A model generated the notes under the pieces. That model was not told where the DNA came from. It did not search any database and was given only the letters and a program-made list of their open reading frames with translations. A program made the position numbers and the translations under genes. From Dehalococcoidia bacterium (GTDB taxonomy: Bacteria > Chloroflexota > Dehalococcoidia > Lucifugimonadales > UBA3495), in contig JASLXV010000038.1 in NCBI GenBank assembly GCA_030740155.1, positions 1 through 64,000 on the forward strand: 64,000 nt of DNA. The letters run 5' to 3'. Position 1 is the stretch's first letter, and each line of letters opens with the position of its first letter. Below are positions 28,282 to 38,349 of this stretch, piece by piece.

Positions 28282-30763
28282 GTGAACGTTAAGCGCATCT
28301 GGACCCTGGGAATCGGGTCCGTGGTCGGGATATTCCTATTCGTTGCCTGCGGCGCCAGCGCGACTTCTACCCTGGTCCCAACGCCTGTGCCGACCCCGGC
28401 TCCCGCGGCAACGGCGGCCCCCGGCTCGGGGCAAACCGGCGTTGCCACACCCAGCCCCGCGGCGTCTTTGGGTGACGCCGAGTCGACCCAGGCCTCCGCC
28501 GAAACCGCCAACGGCTACGTCTGGCAGGTCTCCACCGTGGACGACAACGGGGCCAAGCCTTCGCTGGCCGTGGACGCGGACGGCGTGCCGCATATCGCCT
28601 ACCTGCTGGAAGACATGCCCGGCTTCGTCAAGCACGCGGTGATCCAGGGGGACGGCTGGGATATCTCCACCGTGGCCACCGGGTACTTCTACGGGCCTCT
28701 GGACATCGAGGTGGACCGGGATGGTGCGCCTCACATTTCCCGGCACAACCACGACGAAGAAAATGAGGCCTACGCCGTCTTCACCGACGGCGAGTGGGTG
28801 GTCCACGATGTCGATCATCCGGGTCACGACGGGTGGGACAACAACGTGGCCCTGGACTCCCAGGGTCTGCCCCACACTATATCCATCGATCCGTCCCAGT
28901 TCGGGAGCGACTCCGGTGTCGAGTACGCCAGCTTCGACGGCGAGTCCTGGTCGGTGGAAGAGGTCGGCAGCGGCCCCACACCCTATGAGTTCGGCACCGG
29001 CATCGCGCTGGACTCCCAGGACCGGCCCCACGTGGTGTGGTTCGACTCCGGCGACAAGTCCTTGAAGTACGCCGTCAAGGAAGGCGGCTCATGGACCATC
29101 TCCACCGTCGACAGCGAGGGAGATGTGGGCCGCTACCCGTCTCTGGCCCTCGACGGGCAAGACAACCCGGTCGTCAGCTATTTTGAGACCACGAGCAGCA
29201 AAACCGGATATATCAAGCTGGCCCGTTGGGATGGCGGCAAGTGGAGCCTGCAACGGTTGGACCAACTCGAGAATGTCTTCCCGGGATTCCTTGGCGCCAC
29301 GAAGACCAGCTCCCTAGTGCTGGACGGCGGCGGCAACCCAGTCGTGGCCTACTCTGACGAAAAGGTCGTCAAACTGGCCCGGTGGGACGGCGCCGGTTGG
29401 AACCTGGAAACGGTTGCCACCGCCGGGGATTCGCCCTTTGGACAGCAGGTTTCGCTGGGCCGGGACATCCGCGGCGGGCTCCATCTGACCTTCGCCGATG
29501 TCTCCAGCAAGAGCAGTCCCGGTGTGAAGGGCGCCGTGAAGTACGCCAGGGGCACGCTCAAGGCCGTTCTCTCGGCCAACCCCCCCGGCAACTCCCGGAG
29601 CGGTACCCACCCCGACGCCTGCTCCCGTCGCTGCACCAAGCTCTTCATCGGAAGCCCGGCCTTCCGCCGCGCCGGGCGTAGAGCCGGACCCGGATTTCCA
29701 GGCAAAGCTGAACAGCTCCCGTCTCTCAACCTCCGTGTGGAAGACCGACTTCAGCCGGCACACCGTGGCCTTCGACGAGATCTTCTCGGGTGGGCCCGGC
29801 CGGGACGGCATTCCGCCCATAGACAATCCCAAATTCACCACCCCGGACCTGGCCAATGAGTGGCTCGGTGACCTGGAACCGGTCATTGCCTTCGAGCTTG
29901 ACGGAGACGCCAGGGCCTACCCTCTGCAAATCTTGATGTGGCATGAGGTGGTGAACGACGTGGTGGGCGGCGAGCCGGTGCTGGTGATCTTCTGCCCGCT
30001 GTGTAACTCGGCCATCGTCTTCGAGCGGACCCTGGACAGGGTGGTCTTGGACTTTGGGGTCTCAGGTAACCTGCGCAACAGTGACCTAATCATGTGGGAC
30101 CGCCAGACCGAGAGCTGGTGGCAGCAGCTCCTCGGAGTTGGGATTGTCGGAGAGTTGGCCGGAAGGCAATTGACCTTCCTCCCCGCGCCCATCGTCGCCT
30201 GGTCGGACTTTCGGGACGCCCACCCGGACGGCAAGGTGCTGTCGCGGGAAACCGGGTTCAGCCGTCGCTACGGTCAGAACCCCTACGTCGGCTACGACCG
30301 TGTCGACAACCCTCCCTTCCTGTTCAGTGGAGATCTGGACGGGCGGTTGCAGCCCAAGGAGCGCATCGCCGCGGTCACCATCGGTGACGCGGACGTGGCC
30401 TTCCCTTTCTCCGTTCTGGAAGATGAAAAGGTGGTCAACCATAACGTCGGCGGCCAGGACCTGGCGATCTTCTTCAAGCCGGGGACCCGCACCGCTCTCG
30501 GCGGACCGTCCATCGATAGTGCAGCCGAAGTAGGCGCCACCGGCGTGTTCGACGCCAACCTTGACGGCCGGAAGCTGACTTTCCGGGCCGAAGGCGGCGC
30601 CTACATGGACAACGAGACAGGCAGCACCTGGAGTATCCTTGGCACGGCCACCGACGGCCAGCTGGCCGGGTCGAAGCTCACGCCGATCACCCATGCCAAC
30701 CACTTCTGGTTCGCCTGGGGCGCGTTCAAGCCGGACACCATGATCTACCAGGGGGCGGGCTAA
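28282..30763 (+). CDS. Lipoprotein with repeat (beta-propeller-like) domain, Pro/Thr linker and C-terminal DUF3179-like domain; apparent +1 frameshift in the C7 run at 29580-29586
   Basis: Lipobox FVAC, repeated SLA.D..G.PHI.Y units, then in the other frame ATPGAVPTPTPAP...WKTDF, GGPGRDGIPPID.P, ARAYP..ILMWHEVVND, FCPLCNS, FGVSG.LRNSDLIM.DRQTESWWQQ. Confidence 0.75.
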
Positions 30764-31044
30764 GCCGGACAGGGCGGCCCGGCCCCCGGCGAAGCCTTGT
30801 CAGCCGGAAGGGCTACCCGAGTGGTAGCCCTTCCAGCGTTTTGAAAGCCGCAGGCTGTATCCGGTCCTTCCCGAGGAACTCCACCTGAGAAAGCAGCAGT
30901 TTTCAGCTGAGAGAAGCCGCCCCTGAACCGTCGGGAGCGGCTCGACGGGCCTCCGCCGTGACTTGCCACCCCGCCGCCCCGGAAGTATCATGCCTTAAGC
31001 TGCGGTATGGCCTCCGGTCACCGGCCGCCGCGAGGGAGCGGGAC

Positions 31045-33132
31045 ATGCCTCATTTCCGAGTGGGCGTGGATATCGGCGGCACCTTCACCGACGTTGTCTT
31101 CCTGGGCAGCGACGGCACCGTGCTGGCGCGGAAGATAGCCAGCACCCCCGATGACTACAGCAGGGCGGTGCTCGACGGCGTCAAGGGCGGCATCGCCGAA
31201 CTCGCCATCGGCGCTGGAGCCGTCTCCGAGATCAGCCACGGATTTACCGTCGCCACCAACGCCATCATCGAGCAGAAGGGCGCCCGGATGGCTCTGGTCA
31301 CCACCGAAGGGTTCCGGGATATCCTCGAATTGCGCCGGAATCGCATTCCCCGTTTGTACGACCTGTACTACGAAAAGCCGCCGGCCCTGGTGACGCGCCA
31401 GCTCCGGCTGGAGGTGGGGGAACGCTTGAACTTTCGCGGCGAGGTCCTCCGGCCCCTGGAGACCGCCGACGTGGAAAAGGCCGTCGACCGGATCATCGAG
31501 GAAGGCGTGGAATCGGTGGCCATCTGCCTCCTGCACTCATATGCCAACCCCGACCACGAGCGGTATATCGCCAAGGTGCTGCGGGAGCGGGCGCCCCATG
31601 TGATCCTGACCTTGTCCAGCGAACTCCTGCCCGAGATGAAGGAGTATGAACGCACCAGCACCACGGTAATCAACGGCTACGTCCGTCCCGTGGTGGAGCG
31701 CTACCTGACTCGCCTGACCGACGGCCTGGATGGCATGGGGATCAAGGTGCCCCTCACGGTGATGCAGTCAAATGGCGGCCTGGCTACCTCCGGGATAGCG
31801 AAGGAGAGGCCGGTTTACTGTATCGAGTCGGGCCCCGCCGCCGGGGCGGTGGGGGCCTACCACCTGGGCAAGCGTCTGGGGCTGGGCAACCTGATGACCC
31901 TGGATATGGGTGGGACCACCGCCAAAGCGTCGATCATCGAGAACGGGGAGATGCTTCAGGCGCCGGAGTACGAGGTAGGCGGAGGCGTGAGCGTCGGCCA
32001 CCGGCTGCTGCGGGGTTCGGGCCACATCCTGAGGGTGCCGTCCATCGACCTGGCCGAGGTGGGGGCCGGCGGAGGCAGCATCGCCACCGTGGACAAAAGC
32101 GGCTCCCTGCGAGTTGGGCCGCAAAGCTCCGGCGCGGTGCCGGGGCCGGCCTGCTACGGCCAGGGCGGCCAGGAAGCCACCGTCACCGATGCCGATGTCC
32201 TCCTGGGGTATCTGAACCCCGGCCACCTGCTCGGAGGAGCGTTTACCCTGGATGTGGAGTTGGCCCGCCAGGCCGTCATCCGGAGCGTGGCCCAACCCCT
32301 GGGTTTCACCGAAATTGAGGCCGCTCACGGGATTCATACCCTGGTTAATTCAAACATGGGACGGGCGCTCCGGGCGGTATCCAGCGAGCGCGGGCGAGAC
32401 CCTCGACGCTTCGTCCTCTTCGCCTTCGGCGGCGGCGGTCCGGTGCACGCCGCGGGCTTGGCCGAGATGCTGGACATCACCAGCATCGTCGTCCCTCCCT
32501 TCCCCGGAGTCTTCAGCTCCTTCGGCCTCCTGGTTGCCGACGTGGAGTACCACTTCGTTCAAACGTACTTCAAAACGTTTGACGAGCTTGACATAAGCGC
32601 ACTTCGAACGATCTTGGAAGGGCTCTGGGAGCAGGGCCACCGGGAGTTGCTCGCCGAAGGGTTCGAAGACGCCAGCCATCAGGTCCTCACCCAGGTTGAC
32701 ATGAAGTACCAGGGGCAGGCCTCAGAGCTGACCGTGTTGATGCCCCCGGGGGAGGTCACCCGGGAAACCTTGACCAGGTTGGGGCAGGATTTCGAGGCCG
32801 AGCACGAGAAGAGTTTTGGCTACCGTGCCGATGCCTCCTATCAGATGGTAAATCTGAGGGTCATCGCCCGCGGCCTGTCCCAGGAGTCCCGAATGCCGGA
32901 GCGGATGCAGCTGTCCGCGGCGGCGCGGCCTGCGGCGGAGTCACAGCGCCGGGTCTACTTTGGGCGTCGCCACGGCTGGACCGACGCCCCCGTGATCGAC
33001 CGGAGCGACCTGGACGGCGCCGTCACGGAAGGGCCTTTGATCATTGAGGAGTACGATTCCACCAGCGTGGTGCCGCCCGGCTGGAAAGCGTCGGTGGACC
33101 AGTGGAAGAATATCCACCTCGAGAAAATGTAG
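31045..33132 (+). CDS. Hydantoinase/oxoprolinase family subunit A
   Basis: GVDIGGTFTD, EYERTSTT, ESGPAAG, DMGGTT, GAGGGSIA, AFGGGGPVHA. Confidence 0.93.
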   Translation: MPHFRVGVDIGGTFTDVVFLGSDGTVLARKIASTPDDYSRAVLDGVKGGIAELAIGAGAVSEISHGFTVATNAIIEQKGARMALVTTEGFRDILELRRNRIPRLYDLYYEKPPALVTRQLRLEVGERLNFRGEVLRPLETADVEKAVDRIIEEGVESVAICLLHSYANPDHERYIAKVLRERAPHVILTLSSELLPEMKEYERTSTTVINGYVRPVVERYLTRLTDGLDGMGIKVPLTVMQSNGGLATSGIAKERPVYCIESGPAAGAVGAYHLGKRLGLGNLMTLDMGGTTAKASIIENGEMLQAPEYEVGGGVSVGHRLLRGSGHILRVPSIDLAEVGAGGGSIATVDKSGSLRVGPQSSGAVPGPACYGQGGQEATVTDADVLLGYLNPGHLLGGAFTLDVELARQAVIRSVAQPLGFTEIEAAHGIHTLVNSNMGRALRAVSSERGRDPRRFVLFAFGGGGPVHAAGLAEMLDITSIVVPPFPGVFSSFGLLVADVEYHFVQTYFKTFDELDISALRTILEGLWEQGHRELLAEGFEDASHQVLTQVDMKYQGQASELTVLMPPGEVTRETLTRLGQDFEAEHEKSFGYRADASYQMVNLRVIARGLSQESRMPERMQLSAAARPAAESQRRVYFGRRHGWTDAPVIDRSDLDGAVTEGPLIIEEYDSTSVVPPGWKASVDQWKNIHLEKM

Positions 33133-33141
33133 CCTGGGCCA

Positions 33142-33211
33142 GATGCCCTCACCCTCGTTCCCTCTCCCACCGGGAGAGGGATGCCCCGGCGCAGCCGGGG
33201 CTGAGTGAGGG
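33142..33211. repeat. REP-like element (copy of 18135-18203)
   Basis: GATGCCCTCACCCTCG.TCCCTCTCCC...GGGAGAGGGATGCCC.GGCGCAGCC.GGGCTG.GTGAGGG. Confidence 0.75.
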
Positions 33212-33270
33212 GCAGGAGAGATCGAAGCAACCGGCAGGTGTCTCGAAAGAGTGTGGGAAAGGAGGCCGCC

Positions 33271-35010
33271 ATGCGGCAGGGTACCGACCCAGTTACCAGA
33301 GAGATCATCAAGAACGCCCTCATGGGCGCCGCCGATACCATGGCCTTGACGGTGGTGCGCACCGCCCGGTCCGCGGTTATCAAGGACGGCATGGACTTTT
33401 CCACCGCCCTCTTTACCGCCGGTGGACAGCAGGTCGCCCAGGGGCTGACTCTCCCGGCTCATCTGGGCTCCATGGCCCCGGCCCTGGAGGGGGTCCGCAA
33501 CGCCTTCGGGGACGATGTCCACCCCGGTGACGTGTTCGCCAACAACGACCCCTACGAAGGTGGCAGCCACCTTCCTGACATCTTTCTCTTCAAGCCCATA
33601 TTCGTTCATGACACCCACATCGGCTGGAGCTGCTGCATTGGGCACCAGACGGATATCGGAGGCAGAGTCGCCGGGGGCAACGCCTGCGACAACACGGAGA
33701 TCTATCAGGAGGGGCTGCTGATACCCCCGATCAAGCTCTACGAGGCCGGGGTCTTGAACCGGGCGGTGTGGCGAATCCTGGAGAAGAACGTGCGGGTGCC
33801 GGAGAAGGTGCTGGGGGACGTTCAAGCGCTGCTGGCCGCCGTCCGGTTCGGCGAACGGGACCTGCTGCGCCTGGTGGACGAGTACGGCCTGGAGGAGTTG
33901 AAAGGCTACATGGCCGACATTCTGGACACTACGGAGCAACTCACCCGGGCCGAGTTCGCCGCCCTGCCCCATGGAGAGTGGGAGTTCACCGACTACATCG
34001 ACAACGACGGCATCGACCTCAGGCCCATCGCCATTCATGCCAAGGTGAAGATCGAGGGCGACGAGGTGTTCGTTGATTTCGCCGGCACCTCGCCGCAAGC
34101 CAAGGGGTCCATCAACCCCAACTTCGCCTACACCAAGTCCCAGGTCTACGCCGTGATGAAGTGCCTGATAGACCCGGCCATCCAGTCGAACAGCGGCTTC
34201 TTCAGGCCCTTCCACATAACCGCCCCGGAAGGGTGCTTCGTCAACCCCCAGCACCCGGCGCCGGTGGCCGCCAGGGGCCTGGCCGGTTTCCGCATCTGCC
34301 ACGCCCTGTTCGGCGCCATGGCCCAGGCGTTGCCGGGCAAGGTCCCCGGCGCTTGGGGTGGCGGTGAGGTCGGCCTCAGCTTTGGAGGCTACCACCCCGA
34401 CCGCAAGGCGTGGGTGTACCTGGAGTTCAACAACGACGGTCCCCGCGGGGGCGGCCCCTACATCGACGGCGCCGACGGACTGGCCGCGCCCATTCACAAT
34501 ATGGCCAACACTCCCATTGAGAGCATCGAGGCGGACCAGCCGCTTCTCGTGGAACAGTTTGGGCTGGTCGCCGACACCGGGGGCGCTGGCAAGTACCGTG
34601 GCGGCTTGGGCATCGTCCGGCAGTTCCGGGTCCTGGCCGAGGAAGCCACCTTTCAGCTCCGTTCCGACCGTACCGACTTTCTGCCCTGGGGTGCGGAAGG
34701 CGGCAAACCCGGCACGCCCACCAAGAACTACTTGAACCCGGATACCGAGAACCGGGAGCTGCCCGGCAAACACCTGATGACCCTGAAGAAGGGGGATGTC
34801 TACCGGCTCATCCAGGCCGGAGCGGGAGGGTATGGAGATCCCCTGGACCGGGATGCCGCCGCAGTGCTGGAGGATGTCCGGCAGGAGAAGCTGACCGTGG
34901 ACCACGTGCGCCGTGAGTATGGTGTGGTTGTCAGCCCGGACAAGCTGGAATTGGACCAGGAAGCAACCGAAGAGCTTCGGGCAAAGATGAGAGCAGGGGA
35001 GACCGATTAG
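33271..35010 (+). CDS. Hydantoinase B/oxoprolinase family subunit B
   Basis: NDPYEGGSHLPD, HQTDIGG, EIYQEGL.IPP, DTGGAGKYRGG, GAGGYGDP. Confidence 0.93.
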   Translation: MRQGTDPVTREIIKNALMGAADTMALTVVRTARSAVIKDGMDFSTALFTAGGQQVAQGLTLPAHLGSMAPALEGVRNAFGDDVHPGDVFANNDPYEGGSHLPDIFLFKPIFVHDTHIGWSCCIGHQTDIGGRVAGGNACDNTEIYQEGLLIPPIKLYEAGVLNRAVWRILEKNVRVPEKVLGDVQALLAAVRFGERDLLRLVDEYGLEELKGYMADILDTTEQLTRAEFAALPHGEWEFTDYIDNDGIDLRPIAIHAKVKIEGDEVFVDFAGTSPQAKGSINPNFAYTKSQVYAVMKCLIDPAIQSNSGFFRPFHITAPEGCFVNPQHPAPVAARGLAGFRICHALFGAMAQALPGKVPGAWGGGEVGLSFGGYHPDRKAWVYLEFNNDGPRGGGPYIDGADGLAAPIHNMANTPIESIEADQPLLVEQFGLVADTGGAGKYRGGLGIVRQFRVLAEEATFQLRSDRTDFLPWGAEGGKPGTPTKNYLNPDTENRELPGKHLMTLKKGDVYRLIQAGAGGYGDPLDRDAAAVLEDVRQEKLTVDHVRREYGVVVSPDKLELDQEATEELRAKMRAGETD

Positions 35011-35043
35011 GGCCTGTTGCGAAGGCGCGAGGCCGGGCGGATA

Positions 35044-35372
35044 CCGTGACGTAGGGGCGCAATATATTGCGCCCCTACACCGACATTCATCCTGACGCTA
35101 GATCGCCGAACACCTCTCTTGAACCAGCTTGGGCGGGTACCATGTGGCATGGGCGCAATATATTGCGCTCCTACACCGACATTCATCCTGACGCTAGATC
35201 GCCGAACACCTCTCTTGAACCAGCTTGGGTGGGTACCGTGACGCAGGGGCGCAATATATTTCGCCCCTACACCGACGTTCATCCTGATGCTAATTTGCCA
35301 GACATCTCTCTCGAACCAACTTGGGCGGGTACCGTGAGGTAGGGGCGCAATATATTTCTCCCCTACACCGAC
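35044..35372. repeat. Tandem array of a 96-bp unit (about 3.4 copies) containing a GTAG-type REP
   Basis: GTAGGGGCGCAATATATTGCGCCCCTAC and variants at 35051, 35147, 35243 and 35339, with near-identical intervening sequence. Confidence 0.9.
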
Positions 35373-35378
35373 TCCCGG

Positions 35379-35576
35379 CTACTCCAGGTAGGTCGAGGGG
35401 TCGGCCATGAACTTGCTACGGCACTCCAGGCCGCAGAAGTAGTACCACTTCCCGTCGTGGAACCTTCGAGTGCCTTGGTTTGGGTCCACCTCGGCCGCGC
35501 CAAACTGGGTTTGGCCCGTCTGGGCCCGCGCCTGGGCCTCGTCAATCTCTTTTCCGCAAACTGGGTCTTTGGCCAT
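35379..35576 (-). CDS. YHS domain protein
   Basis: DPVCG...YYFCGLECRSKF..DP..Y. Confidence 0.85.
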   Translation of the reverse strand: MAKDPVCGKEIDEAQARAQTGQTQFGAAEVDPNQGTRRFHDGKWYYFCGLECRSKFMADPSTYLE

Positions 35577-35617
35577 CGATCATTCTCCAATGGTGAAATT
35601 CGCCCTGAGGAGGGTGC

Positions 35618-36793
35618 TCAGGGTACCGGGGCCACGGGCACCCCTAGCCGGACTCGGCCCGGCTGGTCCAAAAGCGCCCGGGCTACCTTGGCCCGATGCT
35701 CGAAGGTGGTGCCCAGCCGCATGGTCCAGGCCGTGACCCGCCGGTACCACAGGTGGAGGTCGAACTCCATCATGAATCCGATGCCCCCGTGGATCGACTG
35801 GGAGGACCGCACCACGGCCAGGCACTTTTCGTTACAGAAGGCCTTGGCCTGGGATACCTCGACACCGGCCGGCATCCCCTGGTCCATCTTCCAGAGGGCC
35901 TCATAGGTCAGGAGGTGGCCTCCATCGACCCAGATGATCATGTCGGCACACAGATGTTGGATGGACTGGAAGGAGCCGATGGGCCGGCCGAAGGCCACGC
36001 GGCCCTTGGCGTACTCGATGGCCATTTCGGCGTCTTTTCTGGTGGCGCCCACGATCTGGCAGCAGAGCAAAACCGTGGCCTCTTCCAGCATCCGCTCGGC
36101 GATGGGCCAGCCCTGGTTTAGCTCGCCCACCAGGTTCGCCTTGGGCACCCTCACTTTGTCAAAGGTGACCCGGCTTTGCTTATCCTTCGCCAGGGTGGTG
36201 AACAGGGTGTGACATATACCGGGGCTGTTGGTATCCACTAGGAGCAATGAGATGCCCTTGCTGCCGGAGGATCCCTTGGCGGTACGGCACGCCACCAGAC
36301 ACTTCTCGGCGGCATTGAAGTTGTCCACGAACATCTTGGTCCCGCTGAGGACGAAGCTGTCCCCATCGACGGCCGCTTCAGCCTTGACGGCCTCGGGTGT
36401 CAAGCGGGGGTCCCGCTCCTGGAACGCCCAGGTCATGACCATCTCTCCCCGGCACACCGCCGGGAGGGTCGCCTGCCGCTGCTCTTCGGTTCCTTCCCTG
36501 GCGATGGTCAGAGCGGGGACGCTGGTGCTGTGCAATGGGATGGGAGCGAGGGACCGGCCGATTTCCTCCAGGATGAGACCCAAGTAGGTTAGGGGCAGCC
36601 CCTGGCCGCCGTAACTCTCCGGGAGGGCCATGCCAAACCAGCCCAAGTCGGTCATCTTCTTCATCAGCTCGGGAGGGTAGCCCAGGTCATCCTTCTCCAT
36701 TTCCCGGGCCAGGTTGGGCGAACACTCTCCCTCCAGGAATTCCCTGGCCAGGTTTTTCACCATCTGTTCTTCTTCGTTTAGCACCAAGTCCAT
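35618..36793 (-). CDS. Acyl-CoA dehydrogenase family protein (partner-subunit type)
   Basis: LSGTKMFV, RVAFGRPIGSFQSIQHLCADM, IHGGIGFMMEFDLHLWYRR. Confidence 0.9.
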   Translation of the reverse strand: MDLVLNEEEQMVKNLAREFLEGECSPNLAREMEKDDLGYPPELMKKMTDLGWFGMALPESYGGQGLPLTYLGLILEEIGRSLAPIPLHSTSVPALTIAREGTEEQRQATLPAVCRGEMVMTWAFQERDPRLTPEAVKAEAAVDGDSFVLSGTKMFVDNFNAAEKCLVACRTAKGSSGSKGISLLLVDTNSPGICHTLFTTLAKDKQSRVTFDKVRVPKANLVGELNQGWPIAERMLEEATVLLCCQIVGATRKDAEMAIEYAKGRVAFGRPIGSFQSIQHLCADMIIWVDGGHLLTYEALWKMDQGMPAGVEVSQAKAFCNEKCLAVVRSSQSIHGGIGFMMEFDLHLWYRRVTAWTMRLGTTFEHRAKVARALLDQPGRVRLGVPVAPVP

Positions 36794-36889
36794 GGTGTTC
36801 CCCTTAGAATCCCCCCTCGTCTCCATTTCCTGAAGGTGGCGAGGGGGGGGATTGGCCGCGTTTTGTTGGGAAGGGAATCAGCCGGTTTG

Positions 36890-38092
36890 TTATCCCCGAG
36901 GCATGCCGAGGCCCCGGCGTGCCACCTGGTCGCGCATGACCTGGACGCTGCCGTGGTTTATCCCCGACTCGAAGGCGCCCATGAGGTTGTGGGCGAACAG
37001 TCCGTCCTCGATGTTGTCCTCGGAGCTGCTCAAAAGCTGGGCGTAGGGCCCAAGAATCTGGCTGATGGCCTCGGTGGTCTTGACCCCGTGCTCCGGCGCC
37101 CACACTTTTTCAGCCGAGCCCTCGTAAGTAAAGTGGCCGCCATGCTCCACGATGGACATGCTGCGCATGGTCATCAGGCGGCAGACCTGGGCTTCGATCC
37201 ACAGCTCCGCCAACTTGTCCCTGACCGCCGGGTCTTCGGTCAAGGAATGGCCGTCCATCTTGTTCTCCTTGACCCAGTTGATGATGTCCTCGTCTCGGCG
37301 CACCGAAATCAGATACCGGTTGGCGCCCACTCGGTCCAGGTTCAAACCCATGGCGCCAACGTACCATCCCCGGTTCTCCTCGCCCAGCAAAGCCGACGCG
37401 GGGACCCGCACGTCTTCGTAGAAGGTCTCGTTGGTCCGCTTGTTGCCGTAGGTTGTGCCGGTGGGTGCGGGGGGATCGCTCTGAATGGTCCAGAGCGGAC
37501 GCACGGTGATGCCCGGGGTATCCATGGGCACCAGGAAGATGGAGATGCCCCGGTGCCTGGGGGCGTCCGGGTCGGTGCGGCACATCAGATAGACGTGGGT
37601 GGCATAGTGAGCCGAGGAAGTGTACATCTTCTGGCCGTTGATTACGTAATCGTCGCCATCCTTCACCGCCCGGCATTGAAGGCCCGCCAGGTCGGCGCCC
37701 GCCTGAGGCTCGGTAAACCCCAGGGCAAAGGTGATCTCCCCGTTGATGAGGCCGGGAAGGAAGTATTTCTTCTGCTCCTCGGTGCCCGCCGCCAGGATCG
37801 CCGGAGCACCGCTACCGGCGCTGCCCATGGTTACCCCGACCCGGGCGAACTCCTCTTCGACGATGTACTGGTCCAAACGGCTGCCACCCTGGCCGCCGTA
37901 CTCCTTGGGCCAGCTGATGCCCATCCAACCCCGGTCCGCGGCCTTCTTCTGCAGCGCCCGGAGGTTGGGCCCTCGGCCCCCTTCCAGGGTGTCTTCTATT
38001 TCCGACAGCACTTCCGGGGTAACGTTCTCCTTGATGAACTGGCGCACATCCTGGCGAAGGTCTTCCTGTTTTGTTGCGAATCCAAAGTCCAT
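36890..38092 (-). CDS. Acyl-CoA dehydrogenase family protein
   Basis: GISWPKEYGG, GFTEPQAGADLA.L, INGQKMYTS, RTDP...RHRGIS, VARRGLGMPR. Start MDFGF after a GAGG RBS. Confidence 0.9.
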   Translation of the reverse strand: MDFGFATKQEDLRQDVRQFIKENVTPEVLSEIEDTLEGGRGPNLRALQKKAADRGWMGISWPKEYGGQGGSRLDQYIVEEEFARVGVTMGSAGSGAPAILAAGTEEQKKYFLPGLINGEITFALGFTEPQAGADLAGLQCRAVKDGDDYVINGQKMYTSSAHYATHVYLMCRTDPDAPRHRGISIFLVPMDTPGITVRPLWTIQSDPPAPTGTTYGNKRTNETFYEDVRVPASALLGEENRGWYVGAMGLNLDRVGANRYLISVRRDEDIINWVKENKMDGHSLTEDPAVRDKLAELWIEAQVCRLMTMRSMSIVEHGGHFTYEGSAEKVWAPEHGVKTTEAISQILGPYAQLLSSSEDNIEDGLFAHNLMGAFESGINHGSVQVMRDQVARRGLGMPRG

Positions 38093-38349
38093 GGCGTACC
38101 TCTTATAGCTTCGCTTGTCTGCGGAACGGCAGGGCGTCCCGGCCTGGCGGCAAGCCCAACGCCCCCTCTGAAACCCGTGCTCCGTGGGATGGATTCGCCC
38201 GCGGCGGATGAATGAGGGTGATGTCTTGCTGGTGAGCCTTTCGATTGGCAGGCGCCGGAGGAGGAGCGGTGGATATTTTGGACCCAGGCAGCCCCTCGGT
38301 ACCGCAGTGGCTCCCGCACCTGCCATTTTGCTTCGCCGGATGCCTGGTG

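Noticed and set aside
27830..30010. Additional selenoproteins among TlpA and DUF3179
   Set aside because: Their motifs are encoded with Cys codons (CPPC, CPLC) and there is no in-frame TGA.
32941..34905. Long antisense ORFs (for example 32941..34905, 18224..19561, 20413..21774, 36836..38215, 41546..42787)
   Set aside because: They are shadows of well-supported genes on the opposite strand, as expected in high-GC DNA, and have no motifs.
35044..35372. CRISPR array
   Set aside because: The intervening sequences are near-identical rather than unique spacers, the repeat is a GTAG REP palindrome, and there are no cas genes.
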